This document shows, piece by piece, positions 8,175-17,389 of a DNA stretch of 61,892 nt. The translations under genes and the position numbers were made by a program. Position 1 is the first letter of the stretch; each line of letters opens with the position of its first letter. The stretch is from Verrucomicrobiaceae bacterium (GTDB taxonomy: Bacteria; Verrucomicrobiota; Verrucomicrobiia; Verrucomicrobiales; Verrucomicrobiaceae). The stretch is from assembly GCA_029865835.1 (NCBI GenBank), contig JARXAL010000061.1, forward strand, positions 1 to 61,892, read 5' to 3'. The notes under the pieces are model-generated. The model worked only from the letters and a program-made list of their open reading frames with translations, did not search any database and was not told the DNA's origin.

Positions 8175-9359
8175 CTAAGGCACGCGGACGGTTACACTAG
8201 GAGGCGATTCATTGCCGCCGGCGTCGATGAAGGTCAGTGAATAACGATGCGCTTCCTTAGATTCATCCACAAGGTTGTGGGTACGCAGTTCCTCAGGTGT
8301 CGAATCGCGGCTGGTGGCGAGAAAGGCGTCTTCATCAATGCCAATCTCTTTCCACAACTTGCCATCGCGATGAAAGCGGATCGCTCGCAAGCCACCTTCC
8401 AAGTTCGGAACGACGCGCCAGTCGAGATGAACTCCAGTCGCGTCGCGTTTGGCTGTGAGCGAAGGTGCGTGAAGAGGCGAAGAATGGGTCTTCAGCGTGC
8501 CATGCTCGGAAAACTCCTTCCACAGCGCGGCGAAGGAGTCGTTGGGCTGCCATGGGACGGTGGCATCGATAGAAGGCTCGGCGCTGGCCCGGCCTGAAAG
8601 AACGGCGTCGAAGAAGTTGATGCTCATCAGCCGAGAATCGTCACAGCCATGCTCGGAGCGTGGATCAATGACGCGGCAGACTTTGCCGCCTTGCTCGCGC
8701 AATTCGCGATACATCGTATTCATCGGCCCCCACGAAACGAAATGGCTCGATGGTGGCGTGGACTCTCGCTTTCCCCAAACGAACAGCAGTGGCAAATCGC
8801 GGGCAATGGGGCCGAACTTGCTACGAAATTCTGGATCGCCGAACTGCTTGTGGCATCCGCCACGAAACGAGGCTGCCAACACGCGCTCCGGATGACGTAC
8901 GATCATCTGCGCAGACCAGCTTGAACCTCCGGAGTGTCCCCAGAGAACCCATGGCGCGTCCTTCATCTCCGCGCGACCGAAGCGGTTCGAAAAGTTCTCC
9001 AGTGCCGTGAAAAGCGCCCGCTCCGAGCCGCTATCGGGGTCGTTCCATTCATCACAGTTCTTCGCCACATGATACATCGGCACCAGCAGCGCAGCGTCGT
9101 GCTTTCGCGCCAGCGCCCGCCAGTGCCAATCGCCTGTAATCGGTGGATGTTTGTCCGGCGCGGCATTGGTGCAGCCGTGCTGATGAATGATGACCGTCTT
9201 GATTGGCTTCGAAGAATCGGCGATCCAGCAGGAAAATTCCGCGTGCTGAAAACGATCTTTCTCTCCAGGTGGCACAATGCGATTGAGCAGCAGGCCGTCA
9301 GCAGCGTTGAGTCTGCTGATCAAAAAAAGAGATAATAGAGCAAGGAAGATTGAACTCAT
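8175..9359 (-). CDS. Secreted alpha/beta-hydrolase esterase with a C-terminal FN3/Ig-like domain
   Basis: Nucleophile elbow GHSGG within WVLWGHSGGSSW. Signal peptide MSSIFLALLSLFLISRLNA from the internal ATG at 9359, preferred because the track start at 9416 would overlap the upstream gene. The C-terminal beta-sandwich-like segment ends YSLTFIDAGGNESPPSVTVRVP. Confidence 0.7.
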   Translation of the reverse strand: MSSIFLALLSLFLISRLNAADGLLLNRIVPPGEKDRFQHAEFSCWIADSSKPIKTVIIHQHGCTNAAPDKHPPITGDWHWRALARKHDAALLVPMYHVAKNCDEWNDPDSGSERALFTALENFSNRFGRAEMKDAPWVLWGHSGGSSWSAQMIVRHPERVLAASFRGGCHKQFGDPEFRSKFGPIARDLPLLFVWGKRESTPPSSHFVSWGPMNTMYRELREQGGKVCRVIDPRSEHGCDDSRLMSINFFDAVLSGRASAEPSIDATVPWQPNDSFAALWKEFSEHGTLKTHSSPLHAPSLTAKRDATGVHLDWRVVPNLEGGLRAIRFHRDGKLWKEIGIDEDAFLATSRDSTPEELRTHNLVDESKEAHRYSLTFIDAGGNESPPSVTVRVP

Positions 9360-9397
9360 CCTCTTGCGTCTCTCCCCTCTCTTGCCGTGCAAAAAAC

Positions 9398-10576
9398 TCA
9401 TGGCGTTGTGATCCATTCAAGATTGAAGCGGGCACAGACGATGCTGGTGTCGGCTTCGTAGAGGCAGAGCACTGTGCCGTCTGGCAGTACGGCGAGGTCG
9501 GAGTAGGCCGCCTTGCCGGGGTCGAGTACCTTATTGATGGGCCAAGTCTTGCCATCGTCGTGACTGAGTTTGATGCAGAGGTTTTCGCGTTTGCCACGAC
9601 CAGCGGGGACTTCTTTGCCGTCCTTGTCGAGCTTGAGCGTGTGCGGATTGGAGTAGATGAGCGTGCCGGGCTTCGAGGAATGCGCGATGATGCTCGCCAT
9701 GCAGACGGGCTCCCAGAGTTGGTCATGGAAGACGGGCGTGGTCCAGTCTGTGGCACCATTAGGGCTGGTCGTGACGATTTTGCGATTTGCCTTCGACACG
9801 CTGCGCGAAACGAGCATCACGCGGCCGTTGGAGAGTTCGGTAACCATGGTCTCATTGGGATTGCCGAAGTCGCCTGCGTTCGGCAGGCAAAGTTCACCAG
9901 CCTGCCAGGTCATACCGTGATCATCGCTGTAGATGGTGCCAGCCGCAGAAGGCGCATGATCGCCTGCCTTGCCATAAGCAAGCCAGATTGGCACGACGAG
10001 ACGACCGCTTCTGATCTGAATGCCGTGCCCTGGTCCGGTTGCGATTACCTTCCAATCATGCTTTTCACGGAAGAGCTCGAATGATGCCGTGATGTCCACA
10101 GGCGCACTCCAGGTGACTCCGTCATCGGTGCTGCGCATGGAGTAACAGCGAGCGTAGTTGATGCAGTAGAGGAACTCAATGGCACCGGTCTCGCGATCCA
10201 CAATGGCGACGGGGTTGTTCACCGTCTGCTCTTTCTCACCGCCTTCAGCCTTTCGCGGGTTTCCCTCCAAACGAGCGCCGTGATGCGCAATTTGGCTACT
10301 TGCCTCCCATGTCTTTCCACCGTTCGTCGAACGACGTAAATGGATCTCGATCTCACCCCAGTCGGAGCTTCCGTTTTTCCGCGCCTCGGCATAGGCTAAC
10401 ACGGTGCCCTTTGGCGTCACAACAACGCCGGGGATCCGATATCGTGCGATGCCATTCAGTTCGGGGGGGAAGACCTCGGATTTCTCGAGAAAGGGCTCGT
10501 CAGCAACCAGTTGCAGTGCCGAAAGAAGGAGTGTGAAAAGGATCGTTTTCATGGAGGACAGTGAGAAGCCATTCAT
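9398..10576 (-). CDS. Exo-alpha-sialidase (GH33-type)
   Basis: RIP motif (ARYRIPGVVV). Asp-boxes STNGGKTW, STDDGVTW, SDDHGMTW, SHDDGKTW. Conserved NETM..EL Glu and an AAYSDL Tyr nucleophile region. Signal peptide present. The start overlaps the upstream stop as ATGA; an alternative ATG at 10552 gives MKTILFTLLL. Confidence 0.85.
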   Translation of the reverse strand: MNGFSLSSMKTILFTLLLSALQLVADEPFLEKSEVFPPELNGIARYRIPGVVVTPKGTVLAYAEARKNGSSDWGEIEIHLRRSTNGGKTWEASSQIAHHGARLEGNPRKAEGGEKEQTVNNPVAIVDRETGAIEFLYCINYARCYSMRSTDDGVTWSAPVDITASFELFREKHDWKVIATGPGHGIQIRSGRLVVPIWLAYGKAGDHAPSAAGTIYSDDHGMTWQAGELCLPNAGDFGNPNETMVTELSNGRVMLVSRSVSKANRKIVTTSPNGATDWTTPVFHDQLWEPVCMASIIAHSSKPGTLIYSNPHTLKLDKDGKEVPAGRGKRENLCIKLSHDDGKTWPINKVLDPGKAAYSDLAVLPDGTVLCLYEADTSIVCARFNLEWITTP

Positions 10577-11787
10577 GGCTTTGTGAGCCAGTCGAGGTTG
10601 AAACGTGCGAGGGTGAGTCGACCACCCGCAAAAGCTGCGACGCCTTTGCTATCGCCGCTGCGACCGTAGAAGCAGAGGATGGTGCCGCTATGAGTAACGG
10701 CGAGATCGGAATACATGCTGGGACCGTCTTCAATGAGTTTGTTGACGGGCCAGGTTTGCGCCTCATCATGGCTCAATTTGACGCTGACGTTCTTGCGGGC
10801 CCGGCTTTTGCCGGGCTCGGGTTTGCCTTTAGTGACATCCAAGTTGTGGGGGTTGGAGAAGAGGATCAAACTTTGGCCTTCGTGTTGGTAGCGCACGATG
10901 CCGCCCATGCAGATGGGTTCGAGCAGGGCATCGTCAAACTTCGGTGTGCTCCAGTTCGTTGAGCCATCTGAACTCGTGGTGACGAGGCGTCGATGGGCTT
11001 TGGATTCGCTGCGCACGTTGAGCATGACACGGCCATCGTTGAGTTCAATGGCGGCGGTTTCGTTCGGGTTGATCCACTCCTCGGTGCATGGAACGGCGAT
11101 ATCGCCTGCGTGCCAGGACTTGCCTGAGTCGTCGCTATAGATGGTGGCGGTGACGCTGGGACGATGCGCGTTGCCGCCGGTGCCGGTGGAAAGCCATACA
11201 GGAACGACGAGTCGGCCCGTTTTGAGCTGGATGCTGTGATTCGGCCCGGTGGCGAGCACCTTCCAATCATAGTCCTTCTTGAAGGCATCGAACGCACTTG
11301 TGATTTCGATGGGTGTGCTGAATGTAAGTCCATCGTCATCGCTGCGCTGATAAAAGACGCGCATGTATTCGAGGCAGAAAAGCATGTGAACCGTGCCGTC
11401 CTTGTCAGCGATGAGGACGGGATTGTTGTAGGTCACGTCATTGGGATCGACGTTCTTCATCTTCAGGGCGAAGGGGTTCTTAGCCTTTGGCCCTGGAACA
11501 TCGGCAACGCTCCTCGCAGTGCTCCAGGTCTTGCCATCATCGGTGCTGCGGCGGAGCAGAATACAGATGTCGTCCCAATCGCTGACGCCGGCGGCACGCT
11601 TACGCGCCTCGCACCAGGTCAGCACCGTACCTTTCGCCGTCACGACGACACCCGGAATGTGATAGAGACTGTAAGCTGGATTGTCACCCACGATAAAGAG
11701 GTCCTGTTTTTCGATAAAAGGCTCGGCGGCATGGATGACACCGATGAGGGCAATGATGAGGGCGGCAATGTGGTTCATGGTTACCAT
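10573..11787 (-). CDS. GH33-type sialidase paralog with a variant first-Arg motif (YHIPG instead of YRIPG)
   Basis: Colinear with the neighbouring sialidase (GTVLTWCEARK, GRLVVPVWL, NPNETAAIELNDGRVML, SMYSDLAV). Asp-boxes STDDGKTW, SDDDGLTF, SDDSGKSW, SHDEAQTW. Codon 43 is CAC (His; plus-strand gtg at 11659-11661) where the paralog has Arg. Confidence 0.8.
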   Translation of the reverse strand: MVTMNHIAALIIALIGVIHAAEPFIEKQDLFIVGDNPAYSLYHIPGVVVTAKGTVLTWCEARKRAAGVSDWDDICILLRRSTDDGKTWSTARSVADVPGPKAKNPFALKMKNVDPNDVTYNNPVLIADKDGTVHMLFCLEYMRVFYQRSDDDGLTFSTPIEITSAFDAFKKDYDWKVLATGPNHSIQLKTGRLVVPVWLSTGTGGNAHRPSVTATIYSDDSGKSWHAGDIAVPCTEEWINPNETAAIELNDGRVMLNVRSESKAHRRLVTTSSDGSTNWSTPKFDDALLEPICMGGIVRYQHEGQSLILFSNPHNLDVTKGKPEPGKSRARKNVSVKLSHDEAQTWPVNKLIEDGPSMYSDLAVTHSGTILCFYGRSGDSKGVAAFAGGRLTLARFNLDWLTKP

Positions 11788-12524
11788 TCTCCTTGGCGTT
11801 GAAACTTCGCTTTGGCATTCTTGCCGAATTGAGCTCCAGCTTCGGCAAGGTTGGCTAGGATTTGATCAGAACTCAGTCCGGCACTGCCACGGGCAGCGGG
11901 GATGACGGTCTGGCATTCGTTGGCATCCATAAAGCGCGCGGCTTCGAGAATGCGCGGCTGAGCTTCTGGTTCGATCACGATGAAACCATGCTTGTCGGCA
12001 TGGATGAGATCGCCAGGAACCACCTTGCGGCCAAAAACCTCGACATCGCAGTTCCATCGCACGGGATGCACATGCGCATGACCGACACAGAGGCGGCGAG
12101 CGAGCGCCTTGAATCCCGCGTTCGTCATTTCATCGACATCACGAATCGCACCATCCACGACGGTGCCGACACAACCGAGAGCGCGATGCATGTTGCTATT
12201 CACCTCGCCCCAAAAAGAGCCAATCGTGCGTGGCTTGTCCAGATCCTGGACGCAGACAATCTTGGGTCCAGAAATGCTGGCGACATATCGGCGATAGTCG
12301 TTCCAAGCATTCTCATTGGCCTCGCGATGCGCCGGGTTGCTCGGTTCGATCACGACCGAGATAGCATAACCTACCATCGGCCCCATCTGTGGCATGAAGT
12401 CTCGGGTTTCTTCGAGGTTGAAACCATCAGCAGCAGGATCCCGCTTGGTGATTTGTTCCCAGCCATTGTAGATCGTGGGCGTATTCCAGCGCTTAAGCTG
12501 AAGAAGTTCGGAGTGAGTGAGCAT
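11781..12524 (-). CDS. RraA-family protein (RraA / class II pyruvate-aldolase fold)
   Basis: Typical RraA-like core: SFWGEVNSNMHRALGCVGTVVDGAIRDVDE...GFKALARRLCVGHAHV...VVPGDLIHADKHGFIV. No signal peptide. 12 nt downstream of the NanA-like gene. Confidence 0.7.
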   Translation of the reverse strand: MLTHSELLQLKRWNTPTIYNGWEQITKRDPAADGFNLEETRDFMPQMGPMVGYAISVVIEPSNPAHREANENAWNDYRRYVASISGPKIVCVQDLDKPRTIGSFWGEVNSNMHRALGCVGTVVDGAIRDVDEMTNAGFKALARRLCVGHAHVHPVRWNCDVEVFGRKVVPGDLIHADKHGFIVIEPEAQPRILEAARFMDANECQTVIPAARGSAGLSSDQILANLAEAGAQFGKNAKAKFQRQGEW

Positions 12525-12536
12525 GACAGCAAAAAC

Positions 12537-13454
12537 CTAAGGTTTGACCCATTCAAAAAAGCCCATCTGCTCCAGGTCGGAGCGCAGCGCTTGAGCTTGA
12601 GCTTCATTCAGACTTCCACAAGGCAGACGCGCAGGGCCGACATCGACACCGAGCATCTTCATCGTCGCTTTGGCAGCTCCCATGTACCCGCGCGCAGCGA
12701 GCTTTTGAATGGTTTGGACGGAGCGCAGCTGCTCCTCTCGTGCTGAGATGAGGTCACCGCAATGGAAGGCCGCGATGAGGCGGTTGTAGATCGGTGCGGC
12801 GAAGTTGAAGGAGCTACCCACGGCACCTGTGGCGCCGAAGGCGAGCGCCCCGAGCATCATCTCATCAAAACCGAACGGGATATCGAATCGGCCACCATGC
12901 GAATCACGGCAGAGCTGATATTCCATGAGGTTGCTGCTGGTGAACTTGATGCCGGCGAGGTTCGGAATGCGATCCGCCGCTTGTGCTAGAAACTCGGACG
13001 GCAACAGCGTCAATCCGGTCATGGTTGGGATCTCGTAATAGTAGAATGGCAACTCAGGCGCGGCAGAGGCAATCTCTGACATGCTTTCGACGAGCGTGGC
13101 GACATTGCCCGGCTTAAAGTACGACGGAGCCAGCGCACTCACAGCTACAGCACCGAGTTCCTGAGCTTGCGCGGCGAGATGGCGCGAATCAGCGAGGCAG
13201 TTCGACCCTACGTGTACGATGACCTTCAGCTCTGCTCCTTGGGTGACTTCAAACCAGCGCACTGCCAGTGCGGTTCGCTCCTGGAGCGTCAACGAACTGC
13301 TCTCCCCCGTGGTGCCTCCAATGAAAGCGTGGCTCACCCCGCTTTTGTGCAGGTGAGCCGCCTGTTCTTCGACGATGTCGAGACGTAGTGTGCCGTCCTG
13401 ATGAAACGGTGTATGGGTTGCGGCGACAAGTCCTTGTATGCGGTGTTTGATCAT
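12537..13454 (-). CDS. nanA: N-acetylneuraminate lyase-like class I aldolase (DHDPS/NanA family)
   Basis: GGTTGES motif, YYYEIP Tyr motif, Schiff-base Lys context AGIKFTS, and the NanA-like GFDEMMLGALAFGATGAVGSSFN block (compare E. coli NanA [23 protein letters not shown], recalled from memory). The start is set at the ATG at 13454 (MIKHRIQGLVAA); the track extension to 13583 looks non-coding. The substrate is inferred mainly from context. Confidence 0.65.
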   Translation of the reverse strand: MIKHRIQGLVAATHTPFHQDGTLRLDIVEEQAAHLHKSGVSHAFIGGTTGESSSLTLQERTALAVRWFEVTQGAELKVIVHVGSNCLADSRHLAAQAQELGAVAVSALAPSYFKPGNVATLVESMSEIASAAPELPFYYYEIPTMTGLTLLPSEFLAQAADRIPNLAGIKFTSSNLMEYQLCRDSHGGRFDIPFGFDEMMLGALAFGATGAVGSSFNFAAPIYNRLIAAFHCGDLISAREEQLRSVQTIQKLAARGYMGAAKATMKMLGVDVGPARLPCGSLNEAQAQALRSDLEQMGFFEWVKP

Positions 13455-13653
13455 AGTGTCACCGCTTAAAACGTCAATTTGTTGGCGATTACGCCATGGA
13501 TTTTGCTGTTTTATTCGAGAACAGGTTATGAACAAGGAAGACTTTGGCCTTGGAAGGCTCAGTTCCTTGGGGTTGTCTCCCAAACAGGGAAACCGATTTC
13601 ATTCTTCGCATTTCGGCTTCTTGCCACCGAGTGGTTAGTGACTATAAGGAGAC

Positions 13654-14874
13654 ATGTCTTTTACCTCCCTTGGAGTGACCTCGCCTCTGATCGGAGCGGT
13701 CAGCCAGTTCGACAAACCCACACCGATACAGACTACAGCCATCCCGCTCATTCTTCAGGGTTGCGACGTGCTGGCCACGGCAGAGACGGGTTCGGGTAAA
13801 ACCATCGCATTCGTGCTTCCGTTGCTTCAGCACTGGCTCGCTAACGCCAGGCAAGATCCACTCACCATTCAAACTTTGATCCTCGTGCCCACTCGCGAAT
13901 TGGCAGCTCAAGTGGCCGCAACGGTTAAGAGGTGCGCGCTTCATCTACCAAGGCGAATGAAAGTCGTATCCGCCGTTGGCGGAGTCTCGATTAATCCTCA
14001 AATGATGGCGCTGCGCGGTGGCGCGGACTTGGTCATCGCAACGCCAGGCCGCTTGTTGGATCTGGTCGACCACAATGCGCTTCAATTATCGAGTGTCACT
14101 TGTTTCGTACTAGATGAAGCCGATCGAATGCTCGATCTGGGCTTCGCAGACGAACTGGGGCGAATACTTTCGCTACTTCCAAAGGTTAGACAGAATCTAC
14201 TGTTTTCCGCAACATTCCCTGATGCCCTCCAATCCCTAGCAAGTAAGTTTCTGCGCAATCCTATTCGAGTTGAGGTCAAAGATTCGCCAAATGCGATTCC
14301 AGTCATCGTGCAACGGGCCATTGAGGTCGACGAGTCGCAGCGCACCCCTTTGTTACGGTATCTGATCAAATCCGAAGGGTGGAATCGGGTGTTAGTGTTT
14401 GTCGCCAAACAATACTCTGCCGAACATGTCGCGGATAAACTTCGGCGGCATGGTATTAGTGCCTTGGCATTCCATGGCGAACTCAGTCAAGGCGCTCGAA
14501 GCCAGGCTTTGACCTCGTTTAAGGATTCGCAGATCCATGTGCTCGTCGCAACGGATCTTGCCAGTCGGGGATTGGACATCATCGAATTACCAGTGGTTGT
14601 GAACTACGATCTGCCTCGATCAGCGGTAGACTACATTCATCGGATTGGTCGGACAGGTCGTGCCGGAAAGACCGGGGTTGCGGTCAGCTTCATTTCGTCC
14701 GAGTCCCATGCGCATTTTTGTCTGATTGAAAAGCGTAACCAACTTGCCCTGCTCCGCGAGCAAATTTCAGGTTTCGAGCCCCAAAATCAAGTCCCGGCAA
14801 CCTCACGGACAGGCGGCATCAAGGGACGACGCAAGAGCAAGAAGGACAGGCTTCGTGAAAACGGATTGCGTTAG
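13654..14874 (+). CDS. rhlE: DEAD-box ATP-dependent RNA helicase (RhlE-like)
   Basis: Q-motif region, AETGSGKT (Walker A), DEAD, SAT, HRIGRTGRAG, and a basic C-terminal tail. AAGGAG Shine-Dalgarno 5 nt upstream of the ATG. Confidence 0.85.
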   Translation: MSFTSLGVTSPLIGAVSQFDKPTPIQTTAIPLILQGCDVLATAETGSGKTIAFVLPLLQHWLANARQDPLTIQTLILVPTRELAAQVAATVKRCALHLPRRMKVVSAVGGVSINPQMMALRGGADLVIATPGRLLDLVDHNALQLSSVTCFVLDEADRMLDLGFADELGRILSLLPKVRQNLLFSATFPDALQSLASKFLRNPIRVEVKDSPNAIPVIVQRAIEVDESQRTPLLRYLIKSEGWNRVLVFVAKQYSAEHVADKLRRHGISALAFHGELSQGARSQALTSFKDSQIHVLVATDLASRGLDIIELPVVVNYDLPRSAVDYIHRIGRTGRAGKTGVAVSFISSESHAHFCLIEKRNQLALLREQISGFEPQNQVPATSRTGGIKGRRKSKKDRLRENGLR

Positions 14875-14922
14875 GTATGCTAGCAAAAAGCTAAAATGCG
14901 AATGCCGCACGACCAAGCTGCC

Positions 14923-15972
14923 TCACTTACGACTTAGCGTCTCTCCCGGCACACTGATGGGCATGATCCGAATCGACTTGCCCGAAAAGGTAGGTCTTGC
15001 CACCAATGAAGCCAGTTTGCTTGCCATGGCTTGCGGATTGCGTCGATAACGTGTCGGCTCCGGGGTGAGCAGCGCAAGGTAGGGCTCATCATCTCGGCAG
15101 ATCACTGATAGCCGTCCAGGCACCGCTATCCCCTGGCGTAATAAAAAGCTAATCGCAGTAACGCAATGCTCCGGATGCAGGATGTAAAGCCCGGTGGGCG
15201 GCTTCGAAGACTGCAGGAGTTGGCCCACTGCGCGAATGACTCCCCGAGGCTCGTTCGGGAATTGGATGTCGCGCACTAGGGCTCCGCGGGCCCCTTCCTG
15301 GAATCCGGCCACACTCTCAGAATCCCCAGCAAAGGCGTCATCTGGACGCAGAATGGCCAAGTCGCGGTGACCATATGCTACGAATTGTCCTGCGGCATGC
15401 CGTGAAACGGCCCTCAAATCAGCATCGACCTGCGGCAAAGTGATACCGATGTGCCGCGATCCGGCCAGCACCGCTCTTAACCCCTGGTCCTGAAACCAAC
15501 GCTGCATGGCCACTGTCGATCGATGCAGAATCCATACCGCTCCCGGTGCCCCAGCCGTCAAGAAGTTGAGGCAAGCGGAAGGACGATTGCGATAGGCAGC
15601 GGGTTCAATGCTCAATTGAAATTGCCAGCCAATGCTCTCCAGTCGGTTCTGTGTCTCTGCGATCCATAAGATCGTTGAGGGGGTGAATTCTCCCACCGGA
15701 CGCGATAGCAATAAGATCACTCGGCGTTTGTTCGAGCCAGTCTTCGATGGCTGGCCGTTGATCGCTCGGCGCCGACCATTCCTTCGACTAAGTCTTCCTT
15801 CACTTTCTAGAATGGCTAAGGCCGAGCGTACCGTGTTACGACCCACCTGCAACTCGGACGCCAACTGAATCTCACCCGGCAAACTCGAATGCCATTCTCC
15901 GCAATCCAAACGCTCCCGCAGGACTGTAGCTGTTTGATCGATTATTGAGACACGCTGGGGAATCATACTCAA
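14923..15972 (-). CDS. GntR-family HTH regulator fused to a LacI/PBP1-like sugar-binding domain
   Basis: N-terminal winged HTH: LPGEIQLASELQVGRNTVRSALAILESEGRLSRRNGRR. It is followed by about 250 aa of periplasmic-binding-protein-like fold. Confidence 0.65.
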   Translation of the reverse strand: MSMIPQRVSIIDQTATVLRERLDCGEWHSSLPGEIQLASELQVGRNTVRSALAILESEGRLSRRNGRRRAINGQPSKTGSNKRRVILLLSRPVGEFTPSTILWIAETQNRLESIGWQFQLSIEPAAYRNRPSACLNFLTAGAPGAVWILHRSTVAMQRWFQDQGLRAVLAGSRHIGITLPQVDADLRAVSRHAAGQFVAYGHRDLAILRPDDAFAGDSESVAGFQEGARGALVRDIQFPNEPRGVIRAVGQLLQSSKPPTGLYILHPEHCVTAISFLLRQGIAVPGRLSVICRDDEPYLALLTPEPTRYRRNPQAMASKLASLVARPTFSGKSIRIMPISVPGETLSRK

Positions 15973-16258
15973 ATCCGGATGAGTGCGCCATCCGCTCCCC
16001 TTTAATACTCGAGTTCTTGGACGTTGTCTCTAAATTGAACAATTCCAATCATGCAGTTCCCGCTCGTGCAAACGAGCGAACGCATCGGCTAACAGCGGCA
16101 TCAAATGGCGCGAAACTTAGATCATTTCGGGTGTGATTTCGGCCCACACTCTGACTGCGCTTTTCCCAACTCTCAGATCCCACTTCGCCCCGTTGATGGC
16201 ACTCAGTTCCACATACTTGAACCCTCATTTCCAATATCCATGTCGCTTCCAAACACCA

Positions 16259-17389
16259 TCATAGCTTCGTAGGTAGCTGCGGAATCCGCTTCAATCCAAC
16301 ATTCAGTGCCCTATGCTGGGAGAGAGCTGCTTCCTGTCCTGATTGAACAAGACATTCTTGAATCTCCCAATGCTTGCAGTCCGCCAAGACATAGTCGATG
16401 CGCATCCAAGGTTTGCCCAAAGCGGACCAATGCGATAAGTCCCCCGGAAAGGTATAACCCAAGCCCTTGCCCGTGACTCGATGCGCGTCCTGGAGTTGCT
16501 TCGTCAATCGCCGATATAGGGGTCCAAAATCGGGAAGATTCCAGTCGCCTAGCACAATCGTTGGCAGCGTTTCCGCCTCGATCCGCTTGAGCAAGCCTTC
16601 AATCACCAGCTTCTGCTCGTCCCAGTAGTGCCCGATCGTCACGCTAGGAGAGACATGAGCCGGAACTCCCAAAAGCGTCCATTTCCACATCTTGAGTGAG
16701 CCATACTTGGACAGTGCATCCCTGGGAGACCGAACATGAACGACGTAAATCGCAACAGGCCCGCCAGGCGCATCCACCTCGAACCGAACTGCAGGCAAGT
16801 ATTGCACTCGAATCGTTGCAGCGGAAGGCATGTCTGGTTTAACGACCTGAGTCCCTTTAAACGGATAGCGACTCGCCAGAGCATGCTCGCCTATGCGCAT
16901 GAGATAGGGTAATCCCCCGATGGCAGGCGCACCAACGGTCAAACTTGGGCCATCTCTTCCGCGCAAATCAGTAAGACCGAGCAAATCTGGGCTTTGCTTG
17001 CCAACCCACTCATTCCATTTCAGTTGGTCTTGATCACCTCGATTGACAAACACAACCCTAAGCGGCACGCCCGAGGTAATCGCCTTTTGCCTCCAAAACC
17101 CACCAAACAACGATGCATGAAACCCGATCCCTGTGGTGATGCATAGGAGCATCAGGCGGCGTCCCCACCACCAGCCAGGAATGCCAATCATCAGCAAAGC
17201 TGGACCCACCAAAATCTGGGGCAAATAGGTCAAGGGAGCTGCGAGCAGATGGGATTGCGCAACGAAGGTGCGTAGGAGCCAAAGAAGCAAAATGCCCGCC
17301 CAAAACGTCCAGGCAAACAATCTCCACCAGCGAATGCAACTTCGCAGGGGTAAGGATTCGTTTTGTTCACGTGTCGTCACAATGCTCAT
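16259..17389 (-). CDS. Membrane-anchored endonuclease/exonuclease/phosphatase (EEP) family protein
   Basis: N-terminal hydrophobic helices (WWRLFAWTFWAGILLLWLL and following). C-terminal EEP signatures IVLGDWNLPDF and WMRIDYVL. The start is placed at the internal ATG at 17389 (MSIVTTRE); the track start is 17449. Confidence 0.65.
   Translation of the reverse strand: MSIVTTREQNESLPLRSCIRWWRLFAWTFWAGILLLWLLRTFVAQSHLLAAPLTYLPQILVGPALLMIGIPGWWWGRRLMLLCITTGIGFHASLFGGFWRQKAITSGVPLRVVFVNRGDQDQLKWNEWVGKQSPDLLGLTDLRGRDGPSLTVGAPAIGGLPYLMRIGEHALASRYPFKGTQVVKPDMPSAATIRVQYLPAVRFEVDAPGGPVAIYVVHVRSPRDALSKYGSLKMWKWTLLGVPAHVSPSVTIGHYWDEQKLVIEGLLKRIEAETLPTIVLGDWNLPDFGPLYRRLTKQLQDAHRVTGKGLGYTFPGDLSHWSALGKPWMRIDYVLADCKHWEIQECLVQSGQEAALSQHRALNVGLKRIPQLPTKL

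Noticed and set aside
15973-16258. 286-nt lower-GC intergenic region with two ~65-aa ORFs, inspected for tRNA, sRNA or a small gene.
   Set aside because: It shows no cloverleaf-like arms, no strong hairpin with a T-run, and the ORFs lack start context or motifs. It was left unannotated.
17371-17389. Head-to-head overlap of the EEP gene and the lipoprotein gene start codons.
   Set aside because: It is most likely a start-codon assignment problem. The plus-strand gene has only a GTG start and an atypical uncharged N-terminus, so this is not evidence for a real overlap.
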